DNA of 32,000 nucleotides from Candidatus Midichloria mitochondrii IricVA (GTDB lineage Bacteria > Pseudomonadota > Alphaproteobacteria > Rickettsiales > Midichloriaceae): NCBI RefSeq assembly GCF_000219355.1, contig NC_015722.1, positions 420,001 to 452,000 on the forward strand, read 5' to 3'. Positions 1 to 8,736 of the stretch are shown one piece after another. The position numbers were made by a program, and so were the translations under genes. Each line of letters opens with the position of its first letter. Position 1 is the stretch's first letter. Below the pieces are notes generated by a model, which was not told the DNA's origin, searched no databases, and worked only from the letters and a program-made list of their open reading frames with translations.

Positions 1-168
1 CTCTTCTTTATTCATTTTTTATTCTCTTAAAAATTAAAACAATTTGTAAATTTACTGATTAATAGTGCTTAATTTAACAGCAAATGAATTGACCAGTTAA
101 TTTATCTTTAATAGTATAAAATGAAATTTGCAAGCTATAAGCGTACTTATTGAATCGGTTTTAAGGCA

Positions 169-1086
169 ATGGATATTGATGAAAATAGTAGAGTAGTAAT
201 TTTTGGTGGTAGTGGATTCGTTGGACGTTATGTAATAAGAAGACTAGCCAAAACTAATGCTAAGATAATTGTAGTTGGAAGATCAGCAAGTTTTAGGCAG
301 GATTTATCTCTGATGTGTTCTGTTGGTCAAGTATCTTTTCAAAAAGTACCGAATTTAAAGATGGAGTGGCAGGAATTACTTGCAGGATCAACTCACGTGA
401 TAAATCTAATTGGAATTTTGTTCCAAACGAAAAAGGAAACCTTTCAATCAGTGCATATTGAGCTAGCAGAAAAGATAGCACATTTTGCAAGGCTAAATAA
501 TGTTTCAAGGCTAGTGCATATCTCAGCTCTGACTTGCAAAACTAGTAAGTCAGATTATAGTATGAGTAAAATTTCAGGTGAAAGTGCGGTATTGAACGAA
601 TTCCCCGAAGCGGTAATATTGAGGCCTAGTGTAATATTTGGTTCTGAAGATAGATTTCTAAATTTATTTGCTAGAATTATAAGATATTCATTTTTTGTTC
701 CAATGGTTGTTCTGGGAAAGACGAAATTTCAACCTATATATGTTGATGATGTGGCTGCGTCAATAGAGAAGTGCTGTAACTTGCCTGATTCGCAAGTTGC
801 GGGCAAAATATTTGAAATAGGAGGAAAAAAACAATACTCGCTAAAGCAGCTATTTAAGCTTATTGCGTCTTTAATAAATAAAAGAAGGATATTTATACCT
901 TTACCATTCAGCTTATCTTTATTAGTGGCATATGTTTTACAAACTATTTTGCCAACTCCAATATTGACTGCTGATCAAGTTAAGTTTTTAAAGAAAAGCA
1001 GTGTAGTAACTTCTGAGAACGCCTTAGAAGAACTTGGGATCAAGCCTCAAAGTTTAAATTTTATTTTAGCAAGATATATTAAATAA
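169..1086 (+). CDS. NAD(P)H-binding epimerase-fold protein, complex I NDUFA9 (39 kDa) subunit family
   Basis: Intact 305-aa ORF. N-terminal Rossmann motif VVIFGGSGFVGRYV. RPSVIFGSEDRF and FQPIYVDDVA blocks are typical of alphaproteobacterial NDUFA9-like proteins. Confidence 0.8.
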   Translation: MDIDENSRVVIFGGSGFVGRYVIRRLAKTNAKIIVVGRSASFRQDLSLMCSVGQVSFQKVPNLKMEWQELLAGSTHVINLIGILFQTKKETFQSVHIELAEKIAHFARLNNVSRLVHISALTCKTSKSDYSMSKISGESAVLNEFPEAVILRPSVIFGSEDRFLNLFARIIRYSFFVPMVVLGKTKFQPIYVDDVAASIEKCCNLPDSQVAGKIFEIGGKKQYSLKQLFKLIASLINKRRIFIPLPFSLSLLVAYVLQTILPTPILTADQVKFLKKSSVVTSENALEELGIKPQSLNFILARYIK

Positions 1087-1089
1087 TTT

Positions 1090-1446
1090 ATGACATTTGC
1101 AACAAAATTATATACCAAATTGTTCGGAGAGCAGGTAGGTCAAGATGAGTTTGGCAATATTTATTTTAGAAGTACTAGAATGCTTAGAGATTTTGGTAGA
1201 GAGAATAGGTGGGTCTGTTATAATGGTTTACCGATTGGGAGCAAAGTACCGAGTGCATGGTTTTTGTGGCTACACTACCAGGCTGATTTGCCACCCAACA
1301 AAAACGATGCTATACATAAGAGTCACCATTGGGAAAAAAATCATATGCCCAATTTAACTGGGACGAGTTTTTCTTACTCTCCAAATAAGACTGACAAAAG
1401 ATTGAAGCAAAGTTATAAACCATGGAGGCCGGCGGTAGATGAATAA
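1090..1446 (+). CDS. NADH:ubiquinone oxidoreductase subunit NDUFA12 (B17.2) family protein
   Basis: 118-aa ORF starting 3 nt after the previous stop. GEQVGQDEFGNIYF and W..WLHYQ blocks are characteristic of the NDUFA12 family. Confidence 0.85.
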   Translation: MTFATKLYTKLFGEQVGQDEFGNIYFRSTRMLRDFGRENRWVCYNGLPIGSKVPSAWFLWLHYQADLPPNKNDAIHKSHHWEKNHMPNLTGTSFSYSPNKTDKRLKQSYKPWRPAVDE

Positions 1447-1999
1447 AAGTGTTGTGGAGACGATAGTTGGATTAATTGTTTTGTTGTTGGCAATTGGTTC
1501 GGTAGTTGTTGCCTATAAGGAAGGGGGATTTTTTGCTGTTGATGAGAATAGCTATATCATAAAAGCTGAATTTGATAAAATAGATGGAGTTAGCGTTGGT
1601 TCTCCCGTAAAAATAAGTGGTATAACGGTCGGTAAGGTTGTTGGGCAATCTATTGATGAAAAAACCTATCATGCCTTAGTACAAATGAAAATAAAGCAAG
1701 ATATTAAATTGCCGATAGATACCTCTGCTGAAATAATCGGTCTTGGGCTGATGAGCGATAAATATATATCACTCGTTCCAGGATCAGATGGGAAGTATTT
1801 AAATAATGGTGGAGTGATAGAATTCACTCAATCATCGTTAAGTCTTGAATCTTTAATAGGTAAATTTATATTTGGTGGGGCTGAAAAAAAAGCAGATTCC
1901 AAAGATAATAATATTGAATTGAAAGAGGGATACACTGATCAGGGGAGAGGCCATAACAGCATATCTGATGAAATTGATTCGATGAATATCCCTGGCTAA
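1439..1999 (+). CDS. mlaD: outer membrane lipid asymmetry maintenance protein MlaD (MCE domain)
   Basis: N-terminal TM helix (VETIVGLIVLLLAIGSVVVAY) followed by an MCE-domain core (DGVSVGSPVKISGITVGKVV). The start overlaps the upstream stop by 8 nt (ATGAATAA). Confidence 0.75.
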   Translation: MNKSVVETIVGLIVLLLAIGSVVVAYKEGGFFAVDENSYIIKAEFDKIDGVSVGSPVKISGITVGKVVGQSIDEKTYHALVQMKIKQDIKLPIDTSAEIIGLGLMSDKYISLVPGSDGKYLNNGGVIEFTQSSLSLESLIGKFIFGGAEKKADSKDNNIELKEGYTDQGRGHNSISDEIDSMNIPG

Positions 2000-2002
2000 A
2001 AG

Positions 2003-2512
2003 ATGCTACTAAAAAAACTTTCTATTTTTTTATTTTATTATTCGGCTTTTTTAAATATAGGGTCAGCTGAGGTAAAACAAGAGAATAAGTCGGTATTTTC
2101 TATATTTGAGCAGGAAAATGCTTCTTTAGATGATAATAAAAGTATTTGGATTAATCCGGACGAAGAGAACGGAAGTAATACTATGTTAATTCCTAAGGAA
2201 GCTGCAATCAATAAAGATTGTAAAATTGCTAATTTAAAAGTTGTAGACGTAAGCTTTGGCAGAATAGTGAATTTAAAAAATAAAGTAAATGAAAGAATTG
2301 AGTTTGCTAATCTACAGATACAAGCAAAACGTTGTGTGCAAGAGGTAGGTGTTAGTTTATCCTCAAACTACAAAGCTTTTATTGAAATAATTGAGAGAGA
2401 TACAGGTGTTGTAGTATTCAACGGTTGGATATTTTCTGGTTATAAATCATTTGCTCAGCCAATTTACGGCAATTATTTTTTTACTTTGAACCGGTGCTCA
2501 ATGACAGAATAA
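2003..2512 (+). CDS. DUF2155 domain-containing secreted protein
   Basis: Signal-peptide-like N-terminus (MLLKKLSIFLFYYSAFLNIGSA). Conserved Cys pattern and the FNGWIFSG...QPIYGNYFFTLNRC tail resemble DUF2155. Its position after NDUFA12-like and mlaD is as I recall from other alphaproteobacteria. Confidence 0.55.
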   Translation: MLLKKLSIFLFYYSAFLNIGSAEVKQENKSVFSIFEQENASLDDNKSIWINPDEENGSNTMLIPKEAAINKDCKIANLKVVDVSFGRIVNLKNKVNERIEFANLQIQAKRCVQEVGVSLSSNYKAFIEIIERDTGVVVFNGWIFSGYKSFAQPIYGNYFFTLNRCSMTE

Positions 2513-3426
2513 ACGGCTGGTTTATTATAGATAAACCACAAGGAATGAGTTCAGCAGCTGCAATTAATAAATTGAAGAGATTTGTTAAGCCTAGTAAGAT
2601 TGGACATACAGGAACCCTCGATCCATTTGCTTCAGGCATGCTCATTGCAGCAATTGGCGAAGCTACAAAGCTTGTTGATTATGTAATGGATCAAGAAAAA
2701 ACTTATGGATTTTCAATAAAATGGGGAACAAGTACGGATACGCTAGATCTAACCGGATCGGTAACCCAAGCATCTGCGGTTATTCCAACATTAGTAGAGA
2801 TTACAGCTTGCGTAGAAGAATTCAAACATAGTTCTATAATAAAACAGCAACCCCCTAGATATTCTGCTCTACATATAAATGGGAAAAGAGCTTATGGAAT
2901 GGCTCGAGCAGGCCAGGAGTTTTCTTTGGTTGAAAGAGAGGTGTTCTTGAGGGGCATAAAGCTAATTAATCATGTAAATGACACGACGACTTTTGAGGTG
3001 AGTTGCGGCAAAGGTTTTTATGTAAGATCTCTTGCCAGAGATATTGCAGATAAATTAAGAGCTTGCGGCCATGTTTCATATTTAAGAAGGATCAAGATTG
3101 GTAAATTTACACAATTTGATTCAATAAAGCTGGATTATTTATTACAGTTAGTGCATAATGCTCGCCAGCTTGAAGTGCTTTTTGATTTTTTGCAGCCAGT
3201 GAACGCTCTGCTGGACGACATCTTAGTCTTGCGTATTAATGAACAAGAAGTCAAGGCATTACGTCAAGGAAGAAGAGTTCAGATAAAGAACTTAAATTAC
3301 CGTGAGGGCCAAAGGCTTGTTGTATATGATATTACAGGGGGGGAGGTTGTAGCGGTTTGTATTTTTAAGGATTCTGAATTAATTCCTAAACGGGTTATTA
3401 ATGATTATAGATTCAAATTAAAATAG
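2494..3426 (+). CDS. truB: tRNA pseudouridine(55) synthase TruB
   Basis: GWFIIDKPQGMSS and catalytic GHTGTLDPFASGML motifs. Apparent GTG start overlaps the DUF2155 gene by 19 nt. Contains a G7 run at 3337-3343, in frame. Confidence 0.93.
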   Translation: MLNDRINGWFIIDKPQGMSSAAAINKLKRFVKPSKIGHTGTLDPFASGMLIAAIGEATKLVDYVMDQEKTYGFSIKWGTSTDTLDLTGSVTQASAVIPTLVEITACVEEFKHSSIIKQQPPRYSALHINGKRAYGMARAGQEFSLVEREVFLRGIKLINHVNDTTTFEVSCGKGFYVRSLARDIADKLRACGHVSYLRRIKIGKFTQFDSIKLDYLLQLVHNARQLEVLFDFLQPVNALLDDILVLRINEQEVKALRQGRRVQIKNLNYREGQRLVVYDITGGEVVAVCIFKDSELIPKRVINDYRFKLK

Positions 3427-3435
3427 GAGAAAACG

Positions 3436-3705
3436 ATGTCGATTACTAAAGAAAAGAAGAGTAGTTTAATAAAAGAATTTGCTAAGAATAATAATGATAC
3501 GGGCTCTGTTGCAGTACAGTGTGCTGTACTTACAGAACAAATTAATAATTTAACATCGCATGCCCAACAAAACCCCAAAGATTTCCAATCAAGAAGAGGT
3601 TTGCTAGTTATGGTAAATAAGAGAAAGAGACTTTTAGCTTATTATAAGAGAGTTAATGAGTCTGCACATCAAGATTTAATAGCTAAGTTAGGTTTAAGAA
3701 AATAA
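3436..3705 (+). CDS. rpsO: 30S ribosomal protein S15
   Basis: 89-aa ORF with S15 hallmarks ([20 protein letters not shown]...[17 protein letters not shown]). Lies in the conserved truB-rpsO-pnp order. Confidence 0.95.
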   Translation: MSITKEKKSSLIKEFAKNNNDTGSVAVQCAVLTEQINNLTSHAQQNPKDFQSRRGLLVMVNKRKRLLAYYKRVNESAHQDLIAKLGLRK

Positions 3706-3756
3706 ATTATTTTGGGATACTGCGAACCATAAGCAGTAAATTAAAGAGGATACTAA

Positions 3757-6099
3757 ATGTTTGATATTATCAAAAAACAAATAGAGTGGGGAGGGGGCAC
3801 GCTCACTCTAGAAACTGGTAAAATAGCCAGACAAGCAAGTGCGGCTATTGTTGCAACTATGGGAGAAACAGTAGTTTTATGTACGGTGGTTGGAGAGAAA
3901 GAATCTGCGGTTGACGCAGGCTTTTTGCCGCTTACTGTTCATTACCAAGAAAAGTTTTATGCCTCTGGAAGAATTCCAGGTGGTTTTATAAAAAGAGAGA
4001 ACAAACCAAGCGAAAGAGAGGTCTTAGTCTCTAGGTTAATCGATAGACCTATTAGGCCTTTGTTTCCTGAAGGGTATCATAATGCTGTGCAGGTTATATG
4101 TACTGTACTTTCTTATGATGGAGTTAATGATCCAGACATACTTTCTATAATAGGTACTTCTGCTGCTCTAGCGATCTCAGAAATTCCATTTACTGAAGCA
4201 ATTGCAGCTGCAAGGGTAGGCTATAAAAACGGAGAATTTACTTTAAATCAAAGTAAGGATTTAGAGTCCAGCTTAGAGTTGGTGGTTGCTGGAACTAAAG
4301 ATTCAATTTTGATGGTTGAATCAGAAGCAAAGGAATTACCTGCATCTGTAATGCTTGAAGCGGTCATGTATGGTCAAGAGGCATTTAAGCCGGTGATTAA
4401 AATGATTAATGCTTTGGCTAAAGAAGTTAAAAAAGAAAAATGGAAATTTGAAGTAGTTGGCCACAAAGAGTTATCTAAGAAAGTAAATAGCTTAGTTGGT
4501 AAGAGCTTAAATCAAGCATATCTTGAGCCGCATAAACAATTAAGATATAACTTAGTTGATGAGGCGAGAAAGAAAGCTCTAAGTGAGCTGGTTTCTGAAG
4601 AGATTGCTGAAAACGCAGTTAGAACAGAGTTTAACTCAATGTGCTATAAAATTGTACGCAATATGATTGTAAAGGACAAGAGACGTATTGATGGTAGAAA
4701 CTTAGAGCAAATCAGGCCTATAAATTGCGAGCTTGATTTACTGCCAAGAGCTCATGGCTCGGCGTTATTTACCCGCGGAGAAACCCAAGCCCTTGTTGTG
4801 ACCACTATAGGCACCTCTCAAGATGAGCAGATGAGTGATGATTTATTAGGGAATAAATCTGACCACCTTATGCTTCATTATAATTTTCCTCCTTATTCAG
4901 TCGGTGAGGCAAGCGCATTAAAGGCTCCTGGAAGAAGGGAAGTAGGACATGGTAAACTCGCTTTGAAGGCAATCGCAGCAGTTGTGCCTTCGAAGGAAGT
5001 GTTTCCTTATACCATTCGGGTAGTTGCTGAAATTACTGAATCAAATGGTTCGTCCTCTATGGCGACAGTTTGCGGAGCATCGTTATCGATGATGGCAGCT
5101 GGCATTCCCATTACTAAGCCGGTAGCAGGGATTGCCATGGGTTTAATAAAGGATGGCGATAATTTTGTAGTTTTGTCAGATATCATGGGAGATGAAGATC
5201 ACTTAGGTGATATGGACTTTAAGGTGGCTGGCACTAGAGATGGTATTACTGCGTTGCAGATGGATATAAAGATTGGCGGTATTGGTCAGGAAATTATGGA
5301 AGTTGCTTTGGATCAAGCCATGAAGGGGTTAAATCATATTTCTTCTGAAATGGCTAAAACTATTGAAAAGGCTAGAGAAGAAGCAAGCCCTTATGCTCCT
5401 AAAATTGTTAGTATTCAAATTGATAAGGACAAGATCAGAGAAGTAATAGGCTCTGGCGGTAAGGTGATTAGGGAAATCTGCGAGAAAAGTAGTGCGAAGA
5501 TAGATATAGAAGAAACCGGCAAGATAAATGTTGCAGGTGTAACAGCTGAATCTATAGAAATTGCCCTTAAAATGATTAATGATATTGTTGCAGTCCCAGA
5601 AATTGGCAAGGTCTATGAAGGCACAGTAACAAAACTAGCTTCTTTTGGAGCTTTTGTTAGATTTTTGGGAGCTATGGAAGGATTGCTTCATATCAGTGAG
5701 ATTGCTAATGAAAGAGTCGAAAACATTGAAGATGTCTTATCAGAAGGTGAATCAGTTACCGTTCAAGTGATTGGTTTGGAAAGAAATGGTAAAGTACGTT
5801 TAAGTATTAAAAGTATTATAAACGGCGGCGAGAATGGGTATGAAAGCAGCTCTAGCTTCGGAAGCACAGAGAGAGCTCCCAAAGATAAATCTTCTGATAG
5901 ATCTTCTAAATTCGGTCGCAAAGGCGGGCACGGTAGAGAGCGTGGCGGTGAAAGGGGAGGCCGTCGTCGTGAAGAAGGACGCGGCGATATAGGCAGCCGC
6001 GGCGAAGGCCGTAGTGATAGGGGAAATCTTGAAGATAAAAGATCTGGCAGAAAAAATGATAATTCTGATGAAGGGCAGAAACGCAGGAGATTCTTCTAA
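3757..6099 (+). CDS. pnp: polyribonucleotide nucleotidyltransferase (PNPase) with a 92-aa Arg/Gly-rich C-terminal extension
   Basis: 780-aa ORF with two RNase PH domains (RIDGR...IRPI, GDEDHLGDMDFKVAG), a KH domain (IREVIGSGGKVIREI) and an S1 domain (GKVYEGTVTKLASFGAFV). The extra tail is at 5821-6096. Confidence 0.97.
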   Translation: MFDIIKKQIEWGGGTLTLETGKIARQASAAIVATMGETVVLCTVVGEKESAVDAGFLPLTVHYQEKFYASGRIPGGFIKRENKPSEREVLVSRLIDRPIRPLFPEGYHNAVQVICTVLSYDGVNDPDILSIIGTSAALAISEIPFTEAIAAARVGYKNGEFTLNQSKDLESSLELVVAGTKDSILMVESEAKELPASVMLEAVMYGQEAFKPVIKMINALAKEVKKEKWKFEVVGHKELSKKVNSLVGKSLNQAYLEPHKQLRYNLVDEARKKALSELVSEEIAENAVRTEFNSMCYKIVRNMIVKDKRRIDGRNLEQIRPINCELDLLPRAHGSALFTRGETQALVVTTIGTSQDEQMSDDLLGNKSDHLMLHYNFPPYSVGEASALKAPGRREVGHGKLALKAIAAVVPSKEVFPYTIRVVAEITESNGSSSMATVCGASLSMMAAGIPITKPVAGIAMGLIKDGDNFVVLSDIMGDEDHLGDMDFKVAGTRDGITALQMDIKIGGIGQEIMEVALDQAMKGLNHISSEMAKTIEKAREEASPYAPKIVSIQIDKDKIREVIGSGGKVIREICEKSSAKIDIEETGKINVAGVTAESIEIALKMINDIVAVPEIGKVYEGTVTKLASFGAFVRFLGAMEGLLHISEIANERVENIEDVLSEGESVTVQVIGLERNGKVRLSIKSIINGGENGYESSSSFGSTERAPKDKSSDRSSKFGRKGGHGRERGGERGGRRREEGRGDIGSRGEGRSDRGNLEDKRSGRKNDNSDEGQKRRRFF

Positions 6100-6119
6100 T
6101 TCTCAAAATATTTTCTATC

Positions 6120-6839
6120 ATGCATTCCAGTATTTTTGTCATACTGATTGAACCTCAGATGGGAGAAAATATAGGAGCAACAGCCAGGGTTATGAGTAAC
6201 TTTGGCTGTTGTAATTTACGCATAGTTAATCCTCGAGACGGGTGGCCTAACCAGAAGGCGTTAGAAATGGCTGTACACGGGAAGTTTGTTGTTGAACAAG
6301 CAGAAATATTTCAAGATATCAGATCAGCAATCGCTGATATAAGCTACCTTATCGCAACAACAGCTAATACTAGATATTTAGCAAAAACGGTTAACGGCCC
6401 AAGCGATAGCGTGCAGAAGATTGCTCAGCATCTTGATTCTAAACATTCAATAGGGTTAATGTTCGGCAGAGAAAGAAGCGGCCTTACAAATGAAGAAATA
6501 TCTTTTGCAGATGAAATTGTACGAATCAGGACTTCAAGAATTAATCCATCCTTAAATTTAGCGCAAGCGGTTTGTATCATACTCTATGAACTGTCAAAAC
6601 TTGATCAATCCAACACCAACGAATTTAATTTGACTCAGAAAGCCACCCAAGCAGAGATATCATATCTTATTAAACACTTAGAAAGTGAGTTGGATGCAGC
6701 AAATTTTTTCCAAGTCCCTGAAAAGAAGGAGGGCATGATGCAAAATATAAGAAATATTATTATGCGTATGCATCCCCATTCTCAAGATGTGAGAACATTA
6801 AGGGGTATTATTAAAGCTATAAGGAAAAATGGGACTTAG
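6120..6839 (+). CDS. RNA 2'-O-methyltransferase, SpoU/TrmH family (TrmJ/LasT-like)
   Basis: 239-aa ORF. VILIEPQMGENIGATARVMSNFG N-terminus and the GRERSGLTNEE and LNLAQAVCIILYE motifs of SPOUT methyltransferases. Confidence 0.75.
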   Translation: MHSSIFVILIEPQMGENIGATARVMSNFGCCNLRIVNPRDGWPNQKALEMAVHGKFVVEQAEIFQDIRSAIADISYLIATTANTRYLAKTVNGPSDSVQKIAQHLDSKHSIGLMFGRERSGLTNEEISFADEIVRIRTSRINPSLNLAQAVCIILYELSKLDQSNTNEFNLTQKATQAEISYLIKHLESELDAANFFQVPEKKEGMMQNIRNIIMRMHPHSQDVRTLRGIIKAIRKNGT

Positions 6840-6997
6840 AGATTGCTTCATATAGAGAGAGGTGTTGCTTACATCATAATGCAGTGATTCCAAACGAGTG
6901 TTCGGTTTTGCAATAGTTATCGCTATCTGTTTCATAAAGAGTAGCATCCCAAGCAACTCTAGCCGTAGATAGCTCTGTTTCTGCAGCCCATTCTAAG

Positions 6998-7943
6998 TAA
7001 CCTCAGTTTGACGTTAAGGAGTATGCCCGTGAGCCTATTTTTCCATGAGATAATATTGGGTTGAAGACATAAGCCAAGAGCCCTGAGAAAGAGGTCTGCC
7101 AAGAAATTGTTTGGCGAGCGATGCCGGTGTGTGCTGGATTTGGCAAATCTCTTTCAATTGTCCGATGGCTGTTTCAATCAATCCACGCCCTCGCAAGAAG
7201 CAGTTGTTTAAAAGCCGCAAGCTGGTTTGTTTTCTTAAGCCGTGTGATGAGCTCAATACCTTGATTGCTCAGTGTTTTTGCTTATATACCACCGATCTCC
7301 GAATAGAAGGCCTGTCGAATATTGAGTCAGTTTTTTCGACAACGGCTCGATCATCTGTATTACCCGAAGTCAGTATGAATGACATAATCTCTCCTTGATC
7401 ATTGAGGCCAAAGAACCATCCGGGTCGACGTTTCCCACGCTGAGCGATGCCTTTAAGGACCTTATTACGGCTAGTACGTGAGTTATGACAAACCTTTTCC
7501 AGCTTTTTGTTGAGTCAACGTACCTGTTTATTTCCCTTTGCAGCAATTCAGCAGAATGACCAACGGAATGACCGCGTCTCGCATCAGCTCAACAAAGCGA
7601 TTGTAGCTGATAAGCTTCGGCAATCCCTCTCTGAGAGAGATTTGAACACAGTTTAGGTAAAAATCTTTGAATCCGGTAATGCCCTCAAATGAAACAAAAC
7701 GAGGATCGTTATAACTTCGGAAAGCATCATCCCAGACTCTCGTTCCCTTTGTCTCTGCGAGTTTCTTAAGGATCTTTGGTACGTGAGTTGTCGCTTGCAA
7801 AACTCACCGATCGAACAGAATATTTCAATTAAGAGAACCATTTTCCTTATTTATCGTGAAATTGAGAGAAACTTAATGGTTACACAGCTTCTTTGAAGCC
7901 ATATCAGATAATTTCTTTAAAACTTACCTCAAACTGGGGTTAA
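6998..7943 (-). mobile_element. IS982-family insertion sequence, decayed copy A (transposase pseudogene)
   Basis: About 945 bp. Imperfect terminal inverted repeats: (T)TAACCTCAGTTTGACGTTAAG at the left end versus TTAACCCCAGTTTGAGGTAAG as the reverse complement of the right end. Minus-strand fragments read IEIFCSIGEFC, MLSEVITILVLFH, ITGFKDFY, LISYNRFVELM, GNTDDR, LIETAIGQLK and QHTxxS, which are IS982-type blocks, but they are spread over several frames with stops. Boundaries are good to about 5 bp. Confidence 0.85.
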
Positions 7944-8735
7944 ATAATATTTATTTTTGCCAAAAAGAATTTAGTTGAATATAAGAAGAGGCATTGCTAC
8001 CATACTCCATCCTTAAAAAAATAAAGTAGAAGAGCAAATGCACGGTTTTATATCTATAAAGGGCGCCAAAGAACATAACCTTAAGAATATTAATAATTGA
8101 TGTCCCAGCCTTTGTTTCGTGATGGTGCGTGGAGATTTTTATAGTATTCGTAAACGCTGTAATCATCTGTACATGCTCAATTTTATAACGTTCCTCAAAG
8201 CCTAAATGACAGGTTCAGGTAGGTTGCCTTGCTCCCCGTCCACCTACTTCAAAATCAATAATTTCACCCGCTCCTCTATCAACAGCAATCAATATAAAGG
8301 TGTACTCCCACTTCCATTCTTTGGTCTTTTTTTATATGTGCACAGCTCGTCAATCTCTAGGACCTCGATATCCTTAAGTGACTTTGTGCTGTTGCAGCTC
8401 TTATCTAACTTTTCTTGCACATAGCGCCCCCCGTCCTTCGATCCATGAAGATATTTGGCTGTTATGGATTTTCCCAGTCAGTCTCTCTATCATCCTAATT
8501 CCACAGTCCTCAAGGTTAGGTTTTAAGTCTATCATTCATAGTGTATTCTGCCGCTTATCACCTTCTCGGTAATTCTTTTTGCAATTCTTGCACCTATTAC
8601 CTCTTGCTGTCCCTATACCACACCATTCTTCACCTGCTCGCTAGAGCCGCAATATTTACACTTAATTGTCATTTCTACTCCACCCATTCTACTACGAAGA
8701 TATCATACCATCTTGTTGCTGTCTATAATTACCAG
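7944..8735 (-). mobile_element. IS1-family insertion sequence remnant (InsA/InsB-like, multiple frameshifts and stops)
   Basis: The minus strand from ATG at 8672 reads MTIKCKYCGSSEQVKNG, then (after a frame change) GTARGNRCKNCKKNY, an InsA-like zinc finger. Further on come EIDELCTYIKKK, ILIAVDRGAGEIIDFEVGGR and HHHETKAGTSII.., which are InsB-like blocks. The length of about 790 bp is close to canonical IS1 (768 bp). The left boundary, abutting IS982 copy A, is uncertain. Confidence 0.7.
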
Positions 8736-8736
8736 G

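Noticed and set aside
1-15. The reverse complement of the first 15 nt reads ATGAATAAAGAAGAG, a possible start of a minus-strand gene leaving the window.
   Set aside because: Only five codons are visible, so it cannot be supported.
89-117. The sigma70-like promoter TTGACC-17 nt-TAGTAT, about 50 nt upstream of the NDUFA9-like gene.
   Set aside because: Matches of this quality occur by chance in AT-rich intergenic DNA, and I have no independent support.
3718-3738. A hairpin (TACTGC / GCAGTA, 9-nt loop) between rpsO and pnp, considered as the rpsO terminator or an RNase III-type pnp leader.
   Set aside because: It has only a 6-bp stem and no U-tract. This is too weak to call in AT-rich DNA without transcript data.
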